The position numbers and the translations under genes are program-made. From NCBI GenBank assembly GCA_028284445.1, contig JANQRS010000026.1:41653-105652 (forward strand): a stretch of 64,000 nucleotides of DNA. The letters are read 5' to 3'. Within the stretch, counting starts at the first letter, position 1. Each line of letters starts with the position of its first letter. The notes below the pieces were generated by a model, which saw only the letters and a list, made by a program, of their open reading frames with translations, had not been told where the DNA came from and made no database searches. Below, in pieces: positions 47,506 through 55,722 of the stretch. This DNA is from Calditrichia bacterium. GTDB taxonomy: Bacteria; Calditrichota; Calditrichia; RBG-13-44-9; J075.

Positions 47506-48576
47506 TTATCCCTGGCTCAGCAAATCACGCAGGTCGATGATGCCGGCATTTGCCCGTGCAATGTATGATGACATTACCAGGGAGTGATTCGAAAAAAAGC
47601 CAAAGTCCGAGCCGTTCAGAATCATCGGACTCCAGATGGTACGCTGAGTCGATTCCAATTCGCGAATGATTTGCTGGACGCTGCGCAGGGCATTTTTCTT
47701 TTCAAGCACCTCTGCAAAATCAACCTCAATAGCGCGCAGTAGGTGAATCAGCGCCCAGCAGGTGCCGCGTGCTTCGTAAAAGACATCGTCGATTTCGGTC
47801 CAGGGTGTTTTTACATCGACAACGGATTGCGAGGCCGTCGATTGACGGGCAGAAGCATCACCGGCAAGGTCGGTATTGATGCGTTGTTGGCCCACACTGG
47901 CGCTGAGGCGCTGCGATAAAGAGCCAAGGCGGTTCGCAACCACTTTCAGCCAGTCGCGCAGGTTATCTGCGCGCGCAAAAAACTGGGTATTCGGATCGCT
48001 TTGATTGGATAGTTTGCTCAGGTAGCTTTCCAGCGCCTTAACACCTTCCTGGTATTCGCCTTCTGCAGAGGGGAAAATCCAGGATTCACTATCGACATTA
48101 AACTGCGGTTCAGCCCGGGCCAGATCGGGATGCTCCTGCGACTGGGTTTGCGCGCGGCTAATTTCGTTGCGTAACACCTTACTGAAATCACGCACCTGAA
48201 CCAAAACGCCAAATTCCCAGCTGGGAATATTGTCCATCATGATACTTGGTGGTGCAATATCATTGCTCAGATATCCGCCGGGTTTGTCCAGCAGCGTGTT
48301 GGCTACTTTGATTAGCGCGCTGGTAGTCACTTGTCCGGTAACCAGCTTGTCATGAGCCGAGCTTTGGTGCGCATTAGCGACCACGTCGAAACTATCAGGT
48401 TCGCCACCCCACATATACGAAATGACCAACATTGCAGCCAGGAATAATCCCAGGATAATCAGCAGGGCAATTGCGCCACGCGAACGGCGATCTTCAGTGG
48501 TCGCCGGCGTCCTTGGCGATCTTTTAAACATTCCTTTTATGCGATCAATCATGTTTGTTTTTGCTGGGTAACTCAC
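47506..48576 (-). CDS. DUF2333 family protein
   Basis: LLDKPGGYLSND..PP..MDNIPSWEFGVL.QVRD, FYARADNL-like segment, DDVFYEARG and GFFSNHSL; GTG start with CAGGAG RBS. Confidence 0.9.
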   Translation of the reverse strand: MSYPAKTNMIDRIKGMFKRSPRTPATTEDRRSRGAIALLIILGLFLAAMLVISYMWGGEPDSFDVVANAHQSSAHDKLVTGQVTTSALIKVANTLLDKPGGYLSNDIAPPSIMMDNIPSWEFGVLVQVRDFSKVLRNEISRAQTQSQEHPDLARAEPQFNVDSESWIFPSAEGEYQEGVKALESYLSKLSNQSDPNTQFFARADNLRDWLKVVANRLGSLSQRLSASVGQQRINTDLAGDASARQSTASQSVVDVKTPWTEIDDVFYEARGTCWALIHLLRAIEVDFAEVLEKKNALRSVQQIIRELESTQRTIWSPMILNGSDFGFFSNHSLVMSSYIARANAGIIDLRDLLSQG

Positions 48577-48610
48577 GGAACTACTCCTGATATATGATGA
48601 TTAGTGCGTT

Positions 48611-48655
48611 CACATCCCCCTGAATCCCCTTCGAAGGAGGACGTAGGGGGATGTG
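48611..48655. repeat. C/G-tract palindrome, TTCGAA-centred subtype (degenerate)
   Basis: CACATCCCCCTGAATCCCCTTCGAAGGAGGACGTAGGGGGATGTG. Confidence 0.85.
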
Positions 48656-48836
48656 GACTGCTCATAACTAAATTGCACATTGTCTACAGACGCTGCAAGA
48701 TGTTTCGGATTTTGTTGCGCTGACAACTTAACAATATAAAGCATCTACTGCGTGGCTGATTGCGCTTCACCACAATGTCTCTGCCTCATAATAAGCTTAC
48801 CGGAAACAATGCTTTTTTTGAATCATTTCGGGGGAT

Positions 48837-49535
48837 TTATCCGGCGAGAATGTGGATGATATCATTGGTGTCGCTGAAATTGTCGACCAGGGCATCCGGC
48901 TGATGCTGGCGGAGCTCGTCGGCAGAATACATGCCGGTGGCGACAGCCATACAGCGCAAACCATGAGCGCGGGCACAGCGAATATCTTTCGGGGTATCGC
49001 CGATAATCCAGGAATTGCCTGCCGTGAAATCACGCTGGAAATGTGCTGTCGCTCTCTCAAGGGCAATCGGGGGCAGTTGATTACGATCTCGATGATCGCT
49101 GCCGTAGCTGCCTACACCAAAATGATGATCAAGACCGGCTGCGCCAAGCTTGATAAATGCGCCCCGTTCAAAATTGCCGGTTAAGAGGCCGAGAGCGAAG
49201 CGTTCATCCGATTCCAGGTTTTGCAGGAGGGTGCGCACGCCATCGAAGACTTGAATAGTAGGCCGTTCTTCCAGTTCCACGACCAGGCGATCGAGGTAGG
49301 TCTCTATAATTTCCGGGATAGTTGTTCCGTATTTTTGCGGATCAAACCCTTGACGTCCCAGCAGGGTATGCATAATTTCCAGGTCAGTGGACCCGGCGAA
49401 GTCTTCCGGCCTGCTTTCAACATCGGAACCAAAAATCTCAATAAGCAATTTGGTCATCGTTCGCCGGCCAGCGCCTTCGCTGAAGAGGAGAGTGCCGTCT
49501 ATGTCGAAGAGAAGCAGTTTTTGTGCGATAGCCAT
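48837..49535 (-). CDS. HAD-superfamily hydrolase (phosphoglycolate phosphatase-like)
   Basis: LFDIDGTL, LLTGN, IIGDTPKD and AVATG. Confidence 0.9.
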   Translation of the reverse strand: MAIAQKLLLFDIDGTLLFSEGAGRRTMTKLLIEIFGSDVESRPEDFAGSTDLEIMHTLLGRQGFDPQKYGTTIPEIIETYLDRLVVELEERPTIQVFDGVRTLLQNLESDERFALGLLTGNFERGAFIKLGAAGLDHHFGVGSYGSDHRDRNQLPPIALERATAHFQRDFTAGNSWIIGDTPKDIRCARAHGLRCMAVATGMYSADELRQHQPDALVDNFSDTNDIIHILAG

Positions 49536-49600
49536 ATTTATTCCCTTGGTTATAGAAATGCCAAATCCCAACAAGAAAAATTCCAAAAAAATATTGCGAT

Positions 49601-49679
49601 GTCATGCCCGAATGTATTTATCGGGCATCCATCAAGCTTTACTCTGTATGGATTCCCGCTAAAAGCATGCGGGAATGAC
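49601..49679. mobile_element. MITE/REP-like element with GTCAT..ATGAC termini and two internal hairpins
   Basis: GTCATGCCCGAATGTATTTATCGGGCATCC ... GGATTCCCGCTAAAAGCATGCGGGAATGAC. Confidence 0.75.
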
Positions 49680-49727
49680 AAAACAGGGCTTTTGGATCTT
49701 TTCCTGTTGGAATTTGGGAATTCTCTT

Positions 49728-50627
49728 TCAGTAACCCATTTGTTTAAGCTGAGATGATTTTTTACGCCAGTCGGCGACAACCTTGACGTGTAGCTCAAGA
49801 TATACTTCTTTATCAACAAAGCGCTCAATTTCTTCCCGTGCCCACTTGCTGGCGCGCTTTAATGCTTCGCCGCCTTTACCGATGATGATCCCCTTTTGCG
49901 ACTTCTTCTCGACAATGATGGCTGCACGGATGTAATCCTTGCCGTTAGCACGTTCCTTGTATTCTTCTATATCGATGTGCGTGGCGTAAGGAATTTCCTG
50001 GGAAAACAGCGTGAAGATTTTTTCGCGGATAATTTCCGCCACGAAAAAGCGGGTCTGTTGATCGCTGAGTTGGTCGGTGGGGTAATACGGCGGACTTTCC
50101 GGTAGCAGAGCCGCCATTTCCTTAACAACCAAATCGATGCCGTCATTTTTCAGGGCGCTGATTGGTACAACAGCCTTGAAAGGATGCAACGCAGCGAGAT
50201 CGGCAATGAGCGGCAATAGCAGTTGACGTTTGACGAGGTCGATTTTGTTGAGTCCCAGGATCACCGGCTTCTTCACTTTGTCCAGATGGCTGCTGATAAT
50301 TTCCGGATCAAGCTTCCTCTGGGAAACATCGACGAGATAAAGAATCACGTCAGCATCTTCAATGGCCGTTTTGACGTAGCCCATCATGTTTTTTTGCAAT
50401 TGGGTATCCGGATCAAGAATGCCTGGCGTATCGATGAAGATCATTTGCGATCCGGGCTGATTATGAATGCCAAGAACGCTGCGGCGGGTGGTTTGCGGCC
50501 GTCGCGATACAATCGAGAGCTTTTCATCGAGGATTTCGTTCAGCAGGGTTGACTTACCGGCATTCGGTAATCCGAGAACGGCAATGTATCCGGCGCGGAA
50601 GGGGGCTTTTGAGGGTGCTTTGGTCAT
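49728..50627 (-). CDS. era: GTPase Era
   Basis: LGLPNAGKSTL, PQTTR, DTPG, NKID, ISA, EIIREK, QEIPY and KGIIIGKGG KH motif. Confidence 0.98.
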   Translation of the reverse strand: MTKAPSKAPFRAGYIAVLGLPNAGKSTLLNEILDEKLSIVSRRPQTTRRSVLGIHNQPGSQMIFIDTPGILDPDTQLQKNMMGYVKTAIEDADVILYLVDVSQRKLDPEIISSHLDKVKKPVILGLNKIDLVKRQLLLPLIADLAALHPFKAVVPISALKNDGIDLVVKEMAALLPESPPYYPTDQLSDQQTRFFVAEIIREKIFTLFSQEIPYATHIDIEEYKERANGKDYIRAAIIVEKKSQKGIIIGKGGEALKRASKWAREEIERFVDKEVYLELHVKVVADWRKKSSQLKQMGY

Positions 50628-50653
50628 AGAAGTATCAATAGTTTTGAATTAGA

Positions 50654-50696
50654 AATCCCCCCTCTATCTCCCCCGGGGGGAGATAGAGGGGGGATT
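50654..50696. repeat. C/G-tract palindrome, CCCGGG-centred subtype
   Basis: AATCCCCCCTCTATCTCCCCCGGGGGGAGATAGAGGGGGGATT. Confidence 0.9.
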
Positions 50697-50783
50697 CTTC
50701 ATCTGTGAATACTGCAAATTACCTGATTAATCCGCTACTGAATCCTCTCGCGGGGGGATTCTCCAGCTGTGAATGTTCTAAAT

Positions 50784-51368
50784 TTACTCAACGGTCTTCT
50801 TGAAATTGAACATCCCATCGATCAATTGCAAAAGCGACTCGGCCTTCATGTCTTCGGTGATGTTCTTCGATGTGCGCTCCAATATCATTCCGGTCTTTGC
50901 CATCAGGATATAGGCAAACGGAGCAATTCTTTCCAGCTGCGCTTCGATTGTCGGCAATTTGACCTTGTGTAACTGGGTTGAATTACGCGGCTCCATGAGG
51001 TATGCACCGTCCTGGAGCGGAATTAGCGTGCGTTTTTCGTCCTGCTGACTGGGGCCCATCCATTCAGCGGAAAGAATCGAGAAGTTGATTTTCGCTTTCG
51101 CTTCCATCGTCGCCGTAATGTAATAGCGGCGCCCGTCTTCTTTACTTTTTTCAGATGTAAAGGAGATGCTAACGTTTTGACCCTTGTATTCACAGGCGTA
51201 ACTGGGACGGGCAGCAAATCCTGCTCGCCGAACCTGTCCGCCAATTTGGTCCTCAAGGTCAAGGAAATTCTGATGGATGACATCAAACTGGAGTTTGCGA
51301 ATAAACACCATCGCCAGCAAGAGCAGGAAGATGGCTGCAAGCACTCCAAAGATTCCCCATAATATCAT
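50784..51368 (-). CDS. Hypothetical protein with a single N-terminal membrane anchor
   Basis: Hydrophobic MILWGIFGVLAAIFLLLLAMVF; GAGG RBS; start at 51368 avoids overlap with the upstream gene. Confidence 0.65.
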   Translation of the reverse strand: MILWGIFGVLAAIFLLLLAMVFIRKLQFDVIHQNFLDLEDQIGGQVRRAGFAARPSYACEYKGQNVSISFTSEKSKEDGRRYYITATMEAKAKINFSILSAEWMGPSQQDEKRTLIPLQDGAYLMEPRNSTQLHKVKLPTIEAQLERIAPFAYILMAKTGMILERTSKNITEDMKAESLLQLIDGMFNFKKTVE

Positions 51369-51382
51369 ATATGTTTTTACCT

Positions 51383-52405
51383 CTATATGTCCACGAAGAT
51401 CGGCATCGGAATAAAACAAACTATGAAGATTGCGATGCAGAGCCAACCTAAAAATTTACGAGTTGGCCCCAACTCATCGTGATCGTTCATTGTGGGTGGA
51501 TGGCGAAGGCCGATAAATAGCAACAATCCCATTAGCAAGACCCACATCAAGCCCATGCCGCCGTATTTCCAGATCAGGAAGGCGCTGAAGGCTGCAATCG
51601 AGCCAAATGCCAGGTAGCTGATATATTTGGCGCGCGCGCCAAATAAGGCATAGGCAACATGGCCGCCATCCAGCTGGCCGATTGGTAGCAGGTTGATCGC
51701 GGTGATCAACAGGCCGATCCAGCCTGCAAAGATAAATGGGAAATGATAGGCTTCACCCATCGGCAGGCGTCCGTCGCTGAAGAAGTCGGTGAAGTAGTAG
51801 AAGAGCAGTGATTTGCCTAATTCGATATTGATCATTGTTGGTGCGGCATTGGGATCATCACTCGGTGTATTGGCTAACATCGGTCCGTGTATCTGGTCGA
51901 CATAAGCTTGAATACCAGCGCTCGTCGGCAATTGATTGAATCCGTAAGCCAGAAAAATAAGGCTCACGATAAACCCGGCAATCGGTCCGGCGACTGCGAC
52001 ATCCAACAGCGCGCGGCGACTGGGAATCGGCGATTTTAAGCGAATGACAGCACCCATCGTTCCGAAGTGCAAACCGAGGCCAAATAAGGGCAGGGGAATA
52101 TAATACGGCAATGTGACGTCTATGCGGTGATACTTGGCTGCAAAATAATGTCCGAATTCATGGAAGGTCAGGATTAGCAGCAGGGCAAACGAGTATTGCC
52201 ATCCCAGCAGGATCAAAGAGGGATCTTGCAGAATTTCCAGGAAACTGGTGCCGACATTTTCGGCGCCCATAACCATGGTACTAATAACCGTTGCGAGGAA
52301 CAGAAATATATGCTTCCAGGGAATTATCGCTGGTTTATTGACATTGCGGACGGTGTCCGAAGGCCGTGTTAAATCGGCATAACTTTGCCAGTTGAGTTCA
52401 CTCAT
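51383..52405 (-). CDS. Site-2 protease (peptidase M50) family protein
   Basis: HEFGH, GTMGAVI, VAVAGPIAG and NLLPIGQLDGGH. Confidence 0.95.
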   Translation of the reverse strand: MSELNWQSYADLTRPSDTVRNVNKPAIIPWKHIFLFLATVISTMVMGAENVGTSFLEILQDPSLILLGWQYSFALLLILTFHEFGHYFAAKYHRIDVTLPYYIPLPLFGLGLHFGTMGAVIRLKSPIPSRRALLDVAVAGPIAGFIVSLIFLAYGFNQLPTSAGIQAYVDQIHGPMLANTPSDDPNAAPTMINIELGKSLLFYYFTDFFSDGRLPMGEAYHFPFIFAGWIGLLITAINLLPIGQLDGGHVAYALFGARAKYISYLAFGSIAAFSAFLIWKYGGMGLMWVLLMGLLLFIGLRHPPTMNDHDELGPTRKFLGWLCIAIFIVCFIPMPIFVDI

Positions 52406-52613
52406 CGTATTTCCTTTTGTCAAGACTCAAATCGTCCTTACCACACTGAAACCGCCATCGAGCGAGAGAGTTCCCACCATAGCTGAATGCCAAGGTTATC
52501 GACGTGCTGAAAGACAATATTGAGGAACAAAAATGCAGGCTTATTGCATGGTAGGTGATTATCTCCAATGCCATGCCAGCAGGATCACGCATTGCCATTG
52601 CAGAAATTTGGCA

Positions 52614-53885
52614 TTAATCATCTGCCAGGCGAAATCCCTTAAATTGCCAACGTTTGTCCGCCTGGAAAAAATTCCGGTAGGTGATGCGGGCGTGATCAGC
52701 CGAAGTTGCGCATGAACCGCCACCACGTAAGACCATCTGATTGATCATAAATTTCCCGTTATACTCACCCAAAGGTCCCTTAAATCGGCGATAACCAGGA
52801 TATGCCAGATAGGCACTATTGGTCCATTCCCAGACATCGCCAAACATTTGTTGCAGACCTTGCGGATTGCTGTTTTGCACCGGGATCGGGTGGAAATTTT
52901 TGTTGTCGTAGAAATTTGCGCCATCTTTACTGGCTGAACTTTGCCGCGCTGCAATTTCCCATTCTGCTTCCGTCGGCAGGCGCTTCCCGGCCCAGTTGGC
53001 GTAGGCATCTGCTTCAAAGAAGCTGACGTGACAAACCGGGGCATCAAGGTTCAACTTCTGAAGGCCAAAGAGGGTAAATTCAAACCATTCACCATCGCGA
53101 TTTTCCCAATAGAGCGGGGCCTTCCAGTCACCGGCGCGAACCGCATCGAGACCATCGGACAGCCAATGTGTAAAATCCGTATAGCCACCGTCTTCCACAA
53201 AGGCCAGAAATTCCCGATTGGTCACCAGGCGCTTATGCAGTTTAAAGTCGTCCACGTAAGTTTTGTGAACCGGACGCTCGTTATCATAGTAAAAGCCTTC
53301 ATCCTGGTAGCCGATTTCGTAAACGCCGGCTGCAAATTCTGAATAGCTGTCGGGATTGCTGGCAGCTGCACCGGCAACCGCCGCGGGCATATCGGTCAGG
53401 TACGCAGGACGCAAGGGATTGCTGGCGAGAATATACTTGATATCGGTAACCAGCAGTTCCTGGTGCTGCTGTTCGTGGTTTAGCGCCAGCACCAGCAGCT
53501 TGCTGAATTCCGTCCACCTGCTGTCATCCAGATTATCGATCAAATTTGTCATGCGCGCATCAATCTCGGTACGAAACGTCATGATGTCGTCTACCGTCGG
53601 ACGGGACAGTGACCCGCGGCGATCACGGTCTACACGGACACCGAAGCTATTGTAGTAGCTGTTGAGAACAAAGGCGTAGTCGGGATGGAAATCTTTATAA
53701 TTTTCAACGTATTCGTTGAGGAACATTGCCTCGTAGAACCAGGTGGTGTGACCAAGATGCCACTTTGGCGGGCTTACATCAATAATCGGCTGGATGACAT
53801 GGTCTTCTACGGTGAGCGGCTTGCAAATCTCTTCAGTAACCGAGCGAACCCGGTTATAATATTGCTTCAATTGATCGCGCGTCAT
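52614..53885 (-). CDS. egtB: Ergothioneine biosynthesis sulfoxide synthase EgtB
   Basis: SPPKWHLGH, NSYY, NHEQQHQEL, FGE-sulfatase domain RLPTEAEWE, GDVWEWT and RNFFQ...RWQF.GFRL. Confidence 0.93.
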   Translation of the reverse strand: MTRDQLKQYYNRVRSVTEEICKPLTVEDHVIQPIIDVSPPKWHLGHTTWFYEAMFLNEYVENYKDFHPDYAFVLNSYYNSFGVRVDRDRRGSLSRPTVDDIMTFRTEIDARMTNLIDNLDDSRWTEFSKLLVLALNHEQQHQELLVTDIKYILASNPLRPAYLTDMPAAVAGAAASNPDSYSEFAAGVYEIGYQDEGFYYDNERPVHKTYVDDFKLHKRLVTNREFLAFVEDGGYTDFTHWLSDGLDAVRAGDWKAPLYWENRDGEWFEFTLFGLQKLNLDAPVCHVSFFEADAYANWAGKRLPTEAEWEIAARQSSASKDGANFYDNKNFHPIPVQNSNPQGLQQMFGDVWEWTNSAYLAYPGYRRFKGPLGEYNGKFMINQMVLRGGGSCATSADHARITYRNFFQADKRWQFKGFRLADD

Positions 53886-53971
53886 GTACGTCCCCTTATA
53901 AATTGCAGGTATCAATAACGACGTAAATTAGGCGGCGCGGGTATTGATGTCCAGTTTTTAAAAATTCGGTA

Positions 53972-55429
53972 TTACTTGGTTTCGGCGATTGGCTCAACCG
54001 GCGGTGTTTTTACATAGACCCGGTAATCCCAGGGCGCCAGCTCCACACTGGAGCTTTTGCGCATGACGACAGCTTCTTCGCTGAACAACTCCTGATAGGT
54101 GCCGCGATAAGCCGCTTCATTGAAATAAGCGATTTGCTTTTCAGGGGAAAGATTCACCACCACAAATACCTTGTCATCATCGCGCTCGCGAACAAAGGAG
54201 AATACGGCTGAGCCCCCGGAGTTGTGGATCTTTGTCACTTCACCACCGCGCTCACCGTTCCAGAGTGCGGTGTTTTCCTTGCGAAGCTTCAGGAGCTTTT
54301 CGATGATGGGATACATCTCGCCTTTCCGCCAGCGAATATGATCTTTCTCGTACAGCTTCAGATTGCGATTAAGATCTGCTTCCTGCCCGTTGAATATCAG
54401 CGGTACGCCGCGCAAGGTGGCAGACAATACCGTAAACATCGGCAGGCCGTCTCCGAGACGTTCTCTGGCAGTCTGGTTCCAGGCATTTTCATCGTGGTTC
54501 GTCGTGAAATACAAGCGAAAGGCATTATGGGGAAAAGAATTTGCCTCTTCGTAGAGGAAATTGTCGAAGCTGCGGCTGTCGGCATAGCCCTGGGCCACAG
54601 CGTTGACGATGCCAAAAAAGTTGCGTCCGTAGGTCATATCGAAGGCGCGGGCGTGAAATTCCGGGGCTTCCCATTCAGCGAGCATTAGCAATGGTTTGAT
54701 CTTGCGCAGTTCTGCGGTGGTTTCTTCCCAGAATTCCAGGGGCACGAGGCCGGCAAGGTCACAGCGAAAACCGTCGATATTGGTTTCGCGTACCCAGAAC
54801 TCCATTGCGTCTTGCATATAGGCATGTAATTCCGGCTGATCGTAATTGAGGTCAATCACGTCAGTCCAGTCTTCAAAGGGCGGCATGAAGTTACCGGTGC
54901 TATCCAGATTATACCATTCCTTGTGTTCCTGGGTTAGGGGATGGTCCCAGGCTGTATGATTAGCGACCCAATCGATAATCACATACATACCATGATCATG
55001 GATCTTCTGAACCAGTGCTTTGAATTCCTGGAGGGTGCCATAGTCCGGATTCACGGCCACATGATTGGCAACTGAGTAAGGATTGCCCATGGTGCCCTGG
55101 CGGTTTTTCTCGCCAATGGGGTGAATCGGCATCAACCAAATGACGGACACACCCAATTCCTTAAGGCGCTTCAGTTCTTTTGCAAATCCTTTGAAATTGC
55201 CTTCAGGGCTGAAATGGCGGATGTTGGCTTCATAAATGGTGGTGTTGTAACTCCACAAAGGGTGTTCAATCGTGCTGGTCACAAAGTCCTCTTCTACAAC
55301 GGAATCCGGCGGCGCAGCCTCGGCCGCTTCCATGCGTTTTTCATGCTGACAGTGCAGCAGTACCGGGCTACTGACAAGCATGAGGCCTAAAACCAACCCG
55401 CTAACAGGTGTCCGTATCGAGAAGTTCAT
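53972..55429 (-). CDS. Exported GH13 alpha-amylase-family protein
   Basis: IYEANIR, IWLMPIHP, DWVANHT, DGFRCDLA, MLAEWE and TNHDEN; hydrophobic N-terminus. Confidence 0.92.
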   Translation of the reverse strand: MNFSIRTPVSGLVLGLMLVSSPVLLHCQHEKRMEAAEAAPPDSVVEEDFVTSTIEHPLWSYNTTIYEANIRHFSPEGNFKGFAKELKRLKELGVSVIWLMPIHPIGEKNRQGTMGNPYSVANHVAVNPDYGTLQEFKALVQKIHDHGMYVIIDWVANHTAWDHPLTQEHKEWYNLDSTGNFMPPFEDWTDVIDLNYDQPELHAYMQDAMEFWVRETNIDGFRCDLAGLVPLEFWEETTAELRKIKPLLMLAEWEAPEFHARAFDMTYGRNFFGIVNAVAQGYADSRSFDNFLYEEANSFPHNAFRLYFTTNHDENAWNQTARERLGDGLPMFTVLSATLRGVPLIFNGQEADLNRNLKLYEKDHIRWRKGEMYPIIEKLLKLRKENTALWNGERGGEVTKIHNSGGSAVFSFVRERDDDKVFVVVNLSPEKQIAYFNEAAYRGTYQELFSEEAVVMRKSSSVELAPWDYRVYVKTPPVEPIAETK

Positions 55430-55722
55430 ATCCATCCTCTGGTAACAACTACGTAATCGACTCCTTGCGACAATACCGGGACCGGTATCGTGCAATTCCC
55501 TGAATGATTGCTAGTGTGATGATGATCCACCATCAAACTAAAGCGCTTTTCGATTGATCGGATGATCCAACGCAACTATCTTAGTCCTCATATTTTTGGT
55601 GATGCGTTGTAAGTTGGCAGAATTTCAAATCATCACTCTCTAGATATATTCGTAAAGTCGATAGTATTTGTTTATAAATAGATTCGATAATTGACAGTTT
55701 TCTCATCAATATCAGGTTTCAT

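Noticed and set aside
52614-53885. Selenoneine (senABC) cluster, or a functional link to the YbdK gamma-Glu-Cys ligase at 28-29 kb
   Set aside because: No SenB glycosyltransferase or SelD is adjacent. The EgtB motifs look Cys-utilising, and the loci are 23 kb apart.
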